A stretch of 63,407 nt of DNA, the filler included, from Neoconidiobolus thromboides FSU 785 (Eukaryota > Fungi > Entomophthoromycota), in NCBI GenBank assembly GCA_025603075.1. It is 7 parts of 7 records of this genome, joined end to end, with 100 filler letters (N's around TTAATTAATTAA, not from the genome) between each part and the next. Parts side by side here need not be neighbours in the genome. Positions count along the whole stretch, not along the records: positions 34,444 to 63,407 come from MU626495.1; 6 more parts are not named here. One strand, written 5' to 3'. Under the pieces are notes generated by a model, which was not told where the DNA came from, did not search any database, and worked only from the letters and a program-made list of their open reading frames with translations. Shown here in pieces: positions 52,032 to 63,407 of this stretch. The stretch's first letter is position 1; each line of letters begins with the position of its first letter. A program made the translations under genes and the position numbers.

Positions 52032-53749
52032 TTTTAAAACAAGAAAAAAAAATGAAATGAAAATAAGCTTGAGATGGAAAATTCAAACAATTTTATAAGA
52101 AGGGTAGGGCTTATGAGATTTGCCTTAATTTAGTAACTCGATAAGCAATCTTTTTTAGTGACTAGCTTTTTTGTTGACTTGACACTAAGCTTAAGTTAGA
52201 GTAACAAATCAAATTGAAATTATGGGTTTGTTTAGATCATGAGTGGTTACGTCACAATTCACGATAACTAAGGGGTCGGTTTAAATATTAAGTGTCCGAT
52301 TGTTTGGATTGGATGAGAAATTATTAAAACATCACTAGAAAAGTCGAAGTTAATATTTAATTTAGAAGCTTAACAATTTAGATAATGTAATATCAATGTT
52401 AAAACATAAGTGGGTTGATTTATATTAATTTGTATAAGCAATAAATTATAAAATGTTAGATAATAATAATGATAACAAAGAATAGCTATTAATATCCAGC
52501 AATGTTCATAATTAGAATACAAAGTAATAAACATTAATTAAAGCAATGTCAAAAACACAAAGATTATTGATTATATTCTTATTTCACGGGTTTATTTATA
52601 CGGATAAATCTAAGAAAATTTGTAATAAAAATTTACAGCTTGATCTAGGTTTAATTACAAAATTTATTTAAAAATAAATTTTTTGTTTTACTATTTTGTT
52701 CATTTGTTATGTAACGTAAAGTTTGAAAAAAGTCACCAATAAAATGTTAAATCAAAAACTTAATTTTACCTAAAATTAAAATACAATTAGCCTTTACAAT
52801 TAATGCTTGATTCATAGGAGGCTACTTAACTTTCCTGCGACCTAATTAACTGTTCGTTTAAGGATAAAATTTTGCTAAAAGCAAGTAAAACAAAAGATTA
52901 AGCATAAATTTTTTTGATAAGCGAATATTTAGCCCTAAAAATATCGCAAATTAAGTTATAATAGAGCTGCGTCAGTTATGTATTTTGTAAAAGATCAAAA
53001 CTTTAGATTTGGATTAATCCATATTAATATTACACGAAATCTAGAGTCAAGTGTTATGCATTTATAAAGGTCCGGGTAGAGTCATAAAAAGAAATAAAAA
53101 TTTATAATTTTCATAATGAAACTAGTAAAATAAAGTACACCTTAATTTGAAATTAAGGGCTGGAATTGAGATAGTGCCTCCTACCTGCCTCATTTTCTTT
53201 GGATTTTGGTTTAGCTTTTATGGAGTGATTAGAAATTATGTTTAAAACGCTTCTGTAGATATTGTCTATCAGGAAGCAGGGTGTAGAACTGTATTCTTTA
53301 TTAGAACTATTCGTTAGTTCATACAATGGGAAACAGTACTATTGAAGTTGGCTATAATTTGTTTTTTTGCATATAAAGATATAAAAAAAGTATTAACTAT
53401 TATTTTATGGTTCTTTAATTGTTTTGGGGATTTAAAAAAGACTAAAATAAACTAATCAAGGTTTAGTGAGTTTATAAATAGTTTATAAATTTAGTTGTCA
53501 TTTTTATACCTCAATCTATAGAGGGTATATAGTTTTACACGCTATACAATTTTAATACCTCAATTCTAATATTTAAATCCTGTTTAATATACTTTTTGTT
53601 ATCTGATTTAAAATCTAAGGCGTAATTTATAATCACAAAAATAATACGGCAATGAAATAATTAGCATAAAATATTAGTGATAAAGGCAACTAAAAACTGT
53701 GTAATATAATCTCGAAAATAAAAACATCTCAAAATTTATTTAACAAATA

Positions 53750-54524
53750 TTATAAAGGATTCAATCCTTTTCTTAACATAGCTAAAGTTTGCTTAACATT
53801 GACAAAATAATCAATTTTTTGCTGGCGTGAAAACCTAGCAGATCTCCCAGAAGTAGAAGGAGTAACAAAAAGATACGTTTTTGTATAATCTGATAGAACT
53901 ATTGATTTAGTAAACTTGTCTTCTAGGTTATCAAAATCATGAGTGATAGGTTCAAGTTGCAACCCAAGTTCAAACTTTTTCTTACCAGAAAAACATTCAA
54001 AAATTTGTTTCCCAAGGAAGCAAGCTATCTTTGGGCGATATTTTGAAATCTTTTGTTTCAAAACAGGTACCCCTAGCATAATTTCTTTTCTGCTCAGGTC
54101 ACTAATACTTCTCGATGGCCTTTCGACTAGGTTAGTAAACCCATAGTTATATTCTTTTAGTAGTTTTACATCATCTTCAAATGTTAACTTTTCATTAACG
54201 AGTCCTATTTGTTTTTATAGAATTAAAAGCAGTGCTTAAATCACTTTTACCTGACTCACAAAGAGCGGGCCAAAAGGCATTCGTTGGACCTGCAAAATGA
54301 TGGTTTTTCAAGGAGCTTTGCAGCCCCGGGTTAATACCAATAAATAATATATCTAACCCAAACTTAAGACTATCTGTAAGTGGTTGATAAATTATATCTG
54401 AGTAATTTGTTGATTTAAACGTTTTGACTGGTTTTTCATTTAATAACTCATCCTTAGATTTAAATTTATTTATATGTCGTTTAAAACTCTCCAACTCTTT
54501 TTCTGAGTTTTGATTTTCGCTCAT
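53750..54524 (-). CDS. TDG: G:T/U mismatch-specific DNA glycosylase (TDG/MUG, Thp1-like)
   Basis: ILFIGINPG, HHFAGPTNAFW, YGFTNLVERPS, PSTSGR; 46-bp intron 54205-54250. Confidence 0.92.
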
Positions 54525-54806
54525 TAATTTAATAAAGTGAATAAGTAAAAGTTGTTCAAAAAACTGAATTGTTCGCTTAGAATTGATTTCATGGGATACT
54601 AAACATAAACTTTTTTCAAAAAATTTATTTGCAAACTTTCATTTAAGCCAATCAATTAAGCAATTTTAAAATATAACTATTTTAAATTCCCCTGTTAAAA
54701 ATTTTTTAGATTTCAGCAAATAAGATCCTCGCCTCTTTATTTCGATATTGCATTTCAACTACCCATTTCCTTCTTTTGAATTCGGAAGTCGATTTTATAC
54801 ACTAAG

Positions 54807-55594
54807 ATGAGCACTTTTGAAAAGGTAGGTTGCCTCTAAAATTTAATACTTTAAGATAGCCAATCTAGTACACTATCTATACTTTGTTACAATGCCATCA
54901 TTTATTTATTTACAATAGCAACAGTTATTCAAGTATCATATTATTTTAGGTTGTAGTTATTGACGGTAAGGGTCATCTCCTTGGTCGTTTAGCCTCCATT
55001 GTTTCCAAACAAATTCTTTCTGGACAAAAAGTTGTTGTTGTCCGTTGTGAAGAAATTAACGTTAGTGGTTCCCACTTCCGTAACAAGAGTAACTTTAAAT
55101 TACATTATTAAAAAGCTTTTTTATTCATACTCCAATCTATAGTTAAGTACAGCCACTACTTAAACAAACGTTGTCTCGTTAACCCAAAACGTGGTCCATT
55201 CCATTTCCGTGCTCCTTCCCGTATGCTTTACCGTGTCATCCGTGGTATGGTCCCACACAAGACCGCCCGTGGTGCTCAATCTTTAGATCGCCTTAAGTTA
55301 TTTGATGGAGTACCAGCTCCTTATGACAAGATGAAGCGTGTAGTTGCCCCAGCTGCTTTACGTGTACTCCGTCTTAAGCCAGGACGTAAATTCACTGTCC
55401 TTAAGCGTATCGCTAGTGAAGTTGGATGGAAATACGAAGGTGTTATTGCTAAACTTGAAGAAAAGAGAAAGGTTAAATCTCAAGCCTTCTACGAACAAAA
55501 GAAAGCTCTTACTACTCTTCAAAACAAGGCTGTTGCCCAAAAGAACGAACAAGTTGAAGATCTTTCTGCTCAACTTAAAGCTTTCGGTTATTAA
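54807..55594 (+). CDS. RPL16: 60S ribosomal protein uL13 (L16/L13a), 3 exons
   Basis: MSTFEK|[44 protein letters not shown]; strongly biased codons. Confidence 0.97.
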
Positions 55595-56239
55595 GTTGGA
55601 AGCTGTTAATTATATTAACTGTGAACAATAAAAATTAAAATGGTAATTTAATTTTATATAATAAAAATTAACAATTAAGTTAGATGCTATTGTTGTATGA
55701 GTAATTGGATATTGTAGTTTTTATTTTAGTATCGGGTTTATTATTTGTTTATTTGGAGTGTCAATTCATTTAGGAACAGAGATGATTTTAGCAAAGTGAT
55801 TATTATCAATGTGAACAAGAGTACTTTAGGTTATTAGTAGTATCGTTTAATTTTAACATAGCATAGCTTTAACTCTATTAGAGATTTAATACTGAGTTGA
55901 CTGAATAATATAATAAGTTTTCACCTTTTTGATTAGAACTACTAATAATATAAACGAACTCGATATTTTTCTGATTGTTAATAAGCTATATGTATTCAAT
56001 TAACATTGTCATGAGTAGTATTTGATTTTTTTTTAGAAGTATTAAATAAATAGTTAAAATAGTTTATTCATATTTTATCTCTGTTTTATTATTTACTATT
56101 GTAAAATAAAATTAGTAGAAAATCATAAAAATTATTATTACATATTTTTTAAAATTAAAATATAGATTTAAGCTTAGAAGTATAAAAGATAAATCGTGTG
56201 CTACTTGAAAATCTACACAAATACTAAGTGAAATCAAAA

Positions 56240-56600
56240 AGCTTGAAGGATGGAGAGGTTAAATATGCGTGGTAGTTTTTTATATGGCTCTGTTGTATGT
56301 GTTATGAGTAAAGCATGTAAGGTTTTATATAATCAAGTTACCTATCTCAGAGATATAACCAAAGGGAATAATTAGTACTAATAAAAAAATTGTATTTTTT
56401 TAGCTCCTCAAGAAATGATGCTCAAAACATCCTTTTAAAGTTTTGATTATATCTTGGAGCTAAATTTTTCGATTAATATAAATCCTTGTGTATATTACAA
56501 GCATACCACATGCAACAGGATCTTAGAAAAAAACTCATACCCATCCCCTCTAGCTCCTCCATTCTTCAAACTATTTGATATCCTCTCATAGTAATGATTT
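56240..56600 (-). mobile_element. Decayed Mutator-like (MULE) transposase fragment
   Basis: FLRSCCMWYACNIHKDL resembles the C..WH...N motif; NTYNRA followed after a frameshift by NYHAYL resembles TTNR.ES.H..L; several stops. Confidence 0.5.
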
Positions 56601-57434
56601 TCTAATGATAAATTAATTTTATACTTAGCAATCAATTATTTCTTAATTTAATTTTATATTCAAAAGAAAACAATTAACTGTAATACAATAAATTGCCCTT
56701 ACGTTTAAAATTTTGCAAAAGCATTGTTTTGGTAATATATTAATATCCTTAAAAAGCTCTGCAAAATGGCCTTTTTGGTATCATAGTTTATAATGGTTTT
56801 CCCAATGTTTTAATAATCTTTTTTATATTTATTACAAGAAAAATTACATGGGCTAAAACAAGTTATAAATACATGTAGTAACTTACATACTTTATTATAA
56901 ATATGCACATAAATCTGACATTTTCGCTAAAACTAAAATTTAAATATATGGGTGTATCCCTTATTCGCCTAGCAAAGAATAGTTAGTATTATATTATATT
57001 TATTTCAGGATAGTTAAATATCATAGTTAATATAGTTATTAAGCTAGTACTCATTTTTGTTGGCTCTTAATATTGGATATTTAACTTAATAGATTATATT
57101 GATATGATAGGAATTATAAAGAATATGGTGTAATATAGAGTAAATTACTATATGCCAACACTCTTGCATAAATTGACTTTTTAATTTAATAATCCCTTTG
57201 GGTTTGCTATTATTTTAAACAATTAAAGTTTTTCTTTATCCTGGCTGTTTTTGTAATTCAACTTATATCCTCATTGTACAAATCCATCACTCTCCATACC
57301 AAATATAAACCACCTTATGGACTTGAATGAAATTAATTGGGGTATCACCAAATCTTATCGAAATGCTCAAATATAAATATAATACCCAAATTCAATGTAC
57401 ATAGTAATAGTTGAAATAAAAAATCTTAGCATAT

Positions 57435-57532
57435 GAGGATGTTTTTTTGGCTTCATTACTTTTTCCATCTTTTAAGCGCTATTTGAGTGGAAAAGCTATT
57501 AGTAAAATTCTTAAATACAAAAATACATCCCC
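57435..57532. mobile_element. MITE family 1 (orientation B), near-consensus
   Basis: ATAT on both flanks. Confidence 0.92.
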
Positions 57533-57869
57533 ATATGGTAGCGACTGTTTAGCAAATTAGTACTAAAGAGAAAAAGACTGCAGTGAGCAAAACAAATTGA
57601 AATAAGAACACATTATAATTTCATCTTGGAAACCAATTTTTGTTTTTCTTTTGTTTTTATAAACTCTATCATCAAAACCTTAAATGGCAAGCTTTCATGA
57701 CATCAAATAGTAATAGCTTTAAATCCAAATGTCTTTCATCAAATGATTGTATCCTAATAGCCTCTATGATTTAATATACAACCTCAAAAAGTTATAATAG
57801 TCATTGTAATATAATACTATATGATCATATAACTATAGGATATTAAGTAAAAAATTTAAAAAACCACTC

Positions 57870-57962
57870 GGGAGTATTTTTTTGACTTCATCAGTTTTTC
57901 CATCTTTTAAGCACTATTTGAGTAGAAAATTATTAGTAAAATTCTTAAAAAAATACATCTTC
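57870..57962. mobile_element. MITE family 1 (orientation B)
   Basis: Internal consensus, degenerate ends. Confidence 0.85.
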
Positions 57963-58802
57963 ATTCATTGCATTTTATACCTGAATTTGTATAAAAGCAT
58001 TGAAGAATTATATTTAATTAAATATAGTACTAGAAATTATAAAATACCTTCTATTAAATGCTTACGTTTTTTTTAAAGATCTTGAAGGAGCTTGAAAAAC
58101 TCCCAAGTGTTTTATTAGATAGATTATTATTTATAATTTTTGCAATTTGCTTTTCTGATTAGTAGGGTTTTGTTTTTACAATTTGTTCGTCTAAATTTAT
58201 TTATACTATTTACTCCAAAAACTGTAGCTACCCTAGAGATTACTTATCTTCATAATTTGTTTATATTTCTTCTAATGATGGTAAGACAATTAAAAGACTT
58301 TGAAGCCTTCCAGACATTATTTCGCTATGTTACTGTCTAGCATTCAATTTTTTATCTTGTTTTCTAAAGAATACAATTTAAAAATTTATGATTATATTTT
58401 AATTTTAGTATTGTTTATCTTTTACTATATAATATGCCTCTTCCCTTCCTTTGTTTTCAAGTTTGTATCTGAATTGTACTAAATGGCTTATTTGTTTATA
58501 TATTTATGACTGTTTCTAACACTTTTTACACGCTAATGATGGTATACATAGAAGAATCATTTGATTTAATTTCGTGTTCATTAACTCATTTTGTCTATTA
58601 TATATTATTTGCTACTTAATATTAATTTATATTAAGCCAACTAAGTTTATACAACTTAGTGAATATGATCATATAAAAAGTCATGATTAAAAAAAGAGTT
58701 GCATCAGAAGGAAGGCATACTGGAAGTATCTGCATGATTGCCTCTCGTGAAAGAGGATTAAGACGCGTTTTACATCCAAAATTTTTCATCATAATCTCTT
58801 TA

Positions 58803-58870
58803 AGCTGTACTGGGAATCGAACCCAGAGCGTCCAATTTAGTTTGAAGCGCTACCATTTGTACTAGCTGAC
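58803..58870 (-). ncRNA. tRNA-like sequence (pseudogene, SINE head or atypical Pol III RNA)
   Basis: A-box-like TAGTACAAATGG, B-box GGTTCGATTCC, perfect T-arm CTGGG/CCCAG; canonical acceptor and anticodon stems do not form. Confidence 0.6.
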
Positions 58871-59153
58871 ATAAAATATTATTGATATCGAAATTTAATA
58901 TTTAATATATTTTAAGATTCAATAAGTGAACTTTTATTCCTTGTAATACTAAATTTTTGTTGATTACTATTAGTACTATTATAATAATGGTAGGCAAAAT
59001 ATTATCTTGATAAAAAAAAATAGACAGTATATTTGTAAAAATTTCAAGATTGAAATATTTAATGTTTTGAAAACAACCAAATTGTTCTATTATAAGCTTT
59101 TTAGAATAGCTCATTAATTTTTCTAATATTATAAATAGGACTATAATGTATAT

Positions 59154-59251
59154 GGGGCTGTTTTTTTTAGTTTCATTATTTTTCCATTTTTTAAGCGTTA
59201 TTTATGTGGAAAAATTGTCAGTAAAATTCTTAAATACAAAAATACATCCCC
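59154..59251. mobile_element. MITE family 1 (orientation B)
   Basis: ATAT on both flanks. Confidence 0.92.
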
Positions 59252-60006
59252 ATATAGATCGTTATAATCATATAAATGTCTATTTAACAGTTTTTTGACT
59301 TAAACGAATAACAAGTTATCCAAGTTACATATAAAAATAAATATTTTAAAAAAGACAACCATGGTTTTTACTTTTGAAATTTTCTTAGCGTTTTTTAAAA
59401 TGCAAGTATTTAATTGTATAGAGTAAAACTAATTTAGACATTCTTATATGGATGATAAGTACCAAAAAAAATTCAAGTTACTAAGTTAGTGATTAAGTTT
59501 TATTCATATTCCATATAAAATAGTTCAGTTGTTTTGTCTTTTAAATATTTAAAGTTAAAAGTACCTCGTTTTTTTATTTATAACTTAACATGGCCTGAAA
59601 AATATAGCTAATTGATAAAACCAATGAATAGCAACCATTGGAGATATAAAACTTATAAATTTTATAATGTTAGTGCTTTTAGTCAAATCAGAAAATCATT
59701 TTTGGCTTTATCTTTGGCAGCAATGATTTCTTTATGCTTGCTTTAATAAAATATTATCGATAATGTTTTTGTTACAAAATTTGAGCTTTTTGCAATAGAT
59801 GCTATCATTGTAGGGATCATATTTTCTAAAGAAATAAGATATGTTAAATATCAATCAAAGGTAAAAAACATCAATGATAAAATTTAATTGTTAGTTTAAT
59901 TTATCTTTTTATTTTATAGTAAACGAGCTTATAGTATTTGAGCTAAGCCTATATGATTTATCAGATAGATGTATAAGGGTAATCAGTGTGCTTTGTGTGA
60001 ATGTAT

Positions 60007-60094
60007 GGGGATGTTTTTTTTTGCTTCATCACTTTTTCTATCTTTTAAGTGGAAAAATTGTTAATAAAATTTCTAAGCCTAAAAACACATCCCC
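60007..60094. mobile_element. MITE family 1 (orientation B) with central deletion
   Basis: The AGCGCT core is deleted between short AG repeats; flanks GTAT / ATAT. Confidence 0.88.
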
Positions 60095-61005
60095 ATATTT
60101 TACCTTACGCCATGTAAATGTGGGAACTAATTAATGTTATGTTTATGACTATTTGAGCATTGGTATTATATTTGGTTTTATGACTTGTTGAATGTTAACT
60201 TAGCAATTATTTCTATTTAAAATAAGTTTATTGATTGGCGAATTTGACCCATAACAGTACAATTAATAGCGAAATTTTAACAAACATAGTAAAAATCTTA
60301 AATTAGAATTACCTTATAAATTAGAAGAAACTGTAATATAGAACACTCATTTCAAAGAATATCAAAATGTGGCTATATATTTAATGAGGAAATAACATTG
60401 AATTGAATGGTCCATAGCGCATCAGACTGGTTTACTGCTTTTGTATAGTATCAGAGTATGTCAATAAAAACTTAGTCACTTTATCACTCAAAATAATAAC
60501 TAAAAACAAAACATTTTATCAAAATATTTTTTGAAAAGTAATCGAATTTCAAAAATATGAAGATAAACTTTAGGGATAGACTTCGATAACTATATACAGG
60601 CTGATGCTTCTTTTAGGCATCTATATTCACCAAAACATTAAGTAGCTTGGTACCGTAAGTTCATCATCAAATATTTTTTTGCTCAATCTGGTTAATATAA
60701 CACCTGTAATTAATCAGAAAATGGATCAGTAATACTGTTGTGTTTAAGTAGTACTCGCTCTTCAAACTTTTTAGCCCCTATGTATATTCCACACTCTTCA
60801 CAAAGCTTAGAATTTATTTTAATTTAAATAGGGTATTATATTCTTTTCTCAATAGTTTGACTTGATCATATTAAATAAATCGGCGTTTATAATTCGCGCA
60901 GCTACGGCTATAAATACTAATAGATCAATATTAATATATATTTATTTGCTTGAACTAATAAAGTACAAAACCACTTAAGCAACATCTAGAATATAGAAAA
61001 TACAC

Positions 61006-62225
61006 TTATAAAGATTCTATTGGGTTACTAAACGTCTCATCATTGTCATGGTTATTATCAATATTGATAGGATTTACACTTTCGTCTAAAGTTGAATTAA
61101 TTATATTCAATTCTATAGCAGGTTGATTAACTAAAAATATGTAAGCTTATATAAATATACAAATAAGCGTACTACCATCTTTTTTCTCATTGTTTTTTAT
61201 AACCTTGATTTTATAAAGAACAGCTTTGACTGCATCGTGAACTGTGGGATCGCAACAAAAGGCAGTAAAATTTAATGCGCCAATAAGTGGATACGTGATA
61301 ATAGTCATTCGATCCAAAATAATACTCCCTTTGTCACTAAAATCAAAATAAATTTGAGACACGATACTTGCACTGTGAGTTATTAACATGGATATAGGAT
61401 ACAATAATCTATAAAATCAATTATTTGAAATATTAACAAATTAATAAATAGATACATCCTGTAACCCAATAGCCTTATAGCTTTGATAGTTTTGAGTGTA
61501 GACTCTGAATTAGTGTTTAATTTACGAGAGCCAATTAGAACAGCTCCCCGGCTTAATCTTACACATATAATAATGACAATAACACTAAGATAAATGAGTG
61601 TTAATAATCTCCAAAGCTGGGTTGCGAAAAAATCGAAAATTTTCATATAGCTTTCATCCCCAGCCTCTGCAGCAACATAACAGCCAGCATAATCACTATA
61701 ACCAAGTTTACCCAAAGCTAATTTCGTGATTAACAATCTTTCCAAAACCAATATTATACTTACCAAGTGGCGGAAGTGAGATTAAAAGTGAGATTATTAT
61801 AGGAACTAACCAATATGCCATTTCAATTTTTTTGGTGATTTGAACATTGTGAATGAAAACTAACTGTAAGTTTACAGCAATTGATACGTTTATAAATGAA
61901 TCAAATGCTGTAATTGCTAATAAATTCCAGCCAAAGAAAGTACAAAGTGAACTAGGGCCAGTTGCATAAGGCGTTCTCCATAATGATCCACTATGTAACC
62001 AAAGAGCATAAAATGCTAATCCAGTTTGTAATCTTAAAGACACCCGATCTACTAGTTTATGGTCATAAATAGCTAAAAAAAATGAGTAAAAAGAAAGTAA
62101 AACAACATATAAATACATATTCCGATCATAAATAAAACTACAAGTAATGCCAAAAATGCAGAGACATAAGAAACATTTGGAACATATTTTTCAGATAATA
62201 AATCATTAAGTGGATCAGTCTCCAT
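61006..62225 (-). CDS. Seven-transmembrane receptor-like protein (Git3 / cAMP-receptor-like), 5 exons
   Basis: Four predicted short introns join the ORF pieces: METDPL...IGI|SIYDHKLVDRVSLRLQ...LCTFFGW...LPPL|ALGKLGY..AGCY...YRI|LLYP...AFCCDPTVHDA; hydrophobic segments in 7TM spacing; last exon (61006-61130) less certain. Confidence 0.8.
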
Positions 62226-62567
62226 TTCAAGGGAAGATTTCTGTCAAATCTGTGTTAAGTATTTATACAATGTAGTAAGCTAACTATTTTTTAAAAAAAA
62301 TAAAAACATGTAATTGTCCTCAGTATTTATACCTTCAGTGTTACACTTAATCGATAAAGTCTTTAAAACATTTCCTACCTATAAGTATATTTTACTTGTG
62401 ACAGATTTTATAAACCAGTTTATTTTTTGATACATTTGTAAAGGCAGGTTTAAATCGAGTTAAAACTGTCTTGCACAAGTTAATCCAGTAGATTTTTTAA
62501 TTTGAAAAAAAATAAAAAATAAAAAAGGTTGTTCCTTTTATAACATAAAAAGAGCAATCAATTATAT

Positions 62568-62665
62568 GGGGGTGTTTCTTTGGCTTCGTTATTTTTTCCA
62601 TCTTTTAAGCACTGTTTGAGCAGAAAAACTATTAGCAAAATTATTAAACAAAAAAATACATCCCC
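62568..62665. mobile_element. MITE family 1 (orientation B)
   Basis: ATAT on both flanks. Confidence 0.92.
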
Positions 62666-63202
62666 ATATAATGATATATCTTTTAAGAATTGACAAAATG
62701 CTAAAGTAATTTCTATAAAAAAATTTTGAACTAACAAGATAATCTATTATTTTTTATAAATTACTTAGATTTTTTTAAATTTTAAAAAAATACAATTGAA
62801 GTAAATTGAGTTAAAAAAGCATTACGTTAAAAAAAACTGAATATAGAATATAAAATATAAAAAGTAATATTTATTAGTTTGTTTTAATATAAAAGCTAAT
62901 AAATATTGGTTTAGTCTTAACATTAACTTTAGCAGCCTTAACTTTAATTTTTAATTTATAATTTTTATTGTAATTTTTATAAATAAAATATTTAAAAAAT
63001 ATTATTATCATTTAATATTTTTTTATTAGATCATTTTAAAATACTCATAAATGACTATAAATTCAGCTTCAAAGCTTTAAATTTTTAAAATTTTTATTTG
63101 ATGGTTTAACTATTAGAAAATAGTATAAAATTTATTTGGCTTTTTGTTTTTAAATAAATGCTTGGCTGCTTTTAATTGAAAACTAAAACATTAAGTACAT
63201 GG

Positions 63203-63407
63203 TGTGAAATCTGGTACTCAGTATTTGGAGCCAAGAACAGCTATTGCTGGGTTGGCTACACTATAACTCGAAAGGTCTTAGTTTATGTGACTAAGATGGA
63301 TTGGATTATGAAGAATAGCACGTAATAGGTTACAAGCTATATAAGACAAATACAATAGACAGTACTAATGTAAAATCTACGTAAAATACTATTAAGAAAA
63401 CTTAGTG
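63203..63407 (+). mobile_element. Family L element, 5' part, runs off the window
   Basis: TGTGAAATCTGGTACTCAG start, colinear with 23085 copy. Confidence 0.9.

Noticed and set aside
54825-54949. Possible snoRNA in the longer first intron of RPL16
   Set aside because: No C/D box pair or H/ACA layout visible
58841-58847. Calling the tRNA-like element a tRNA-Sec or UGA suppressor
   Set aside because: CTTCAAA is not closed by an anticodon stem, and the long acceptor, D and variable arms of tRNA-Sec are absent
61383-61766. Apparent frameshifts in the 7TM gene
   Set aside because: Resolved by short GT-AG introns that restore the frame

Overview
Very AT-rich eukaryotic genomic DNA with short (about 44-60 bp, occasionally longer) GT-AG introns and seven assembly gaps, six of which carry an artificial TTAATTAATTAA spacer. 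Gene content and style suggest an early-diverging fungus, probably Zoopagomycota/Conidiobolus-like (inference, not verified). About 17 protein genes can be read: acyl-CoA oxidase, Ark1/Prk1-type kinase, two convergent orphan paralogs, NADP-dependent alkenal reductase, two Zn2Cys6 factors, SulP/STAS fragment, mito uL5, RPT6, Bni4/Phactr-like protein, arrestin-fold protein, TDA10-like kinase, ankyrin protein, TDG, RPL16 and a Git3/CAR-like 7TM receptor. There are also tRNA-Gly(GCC) and tRNA-His(GUG). Intergenic DNA is dominated by mobile-element debris: about 26 copies of a ~97-bp MITE with GGGG...CCCC ends and a 4-bp AWWT target duplication, a ~1-kb relative sharing its left end, 8 copies of a ~460-bp TG...CA solo-LTR-like element with 4-bp TSDs, and decayed LINE RT, MULE and XPG/RAD2 remnants. 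The most unusual signals are the AWWT-TSD MITE system, the convergent orphan pair (possibly stand-alone fungal TF middle-homology domains), a 57-bp near-perfect hairpin, a D-armless tRNA-like Pol III candidate, and a Cys-rich frame interrupted only by TGA. All alignments and translations were done by eye; exon boundaries and repeat ends may be off by a few bases.
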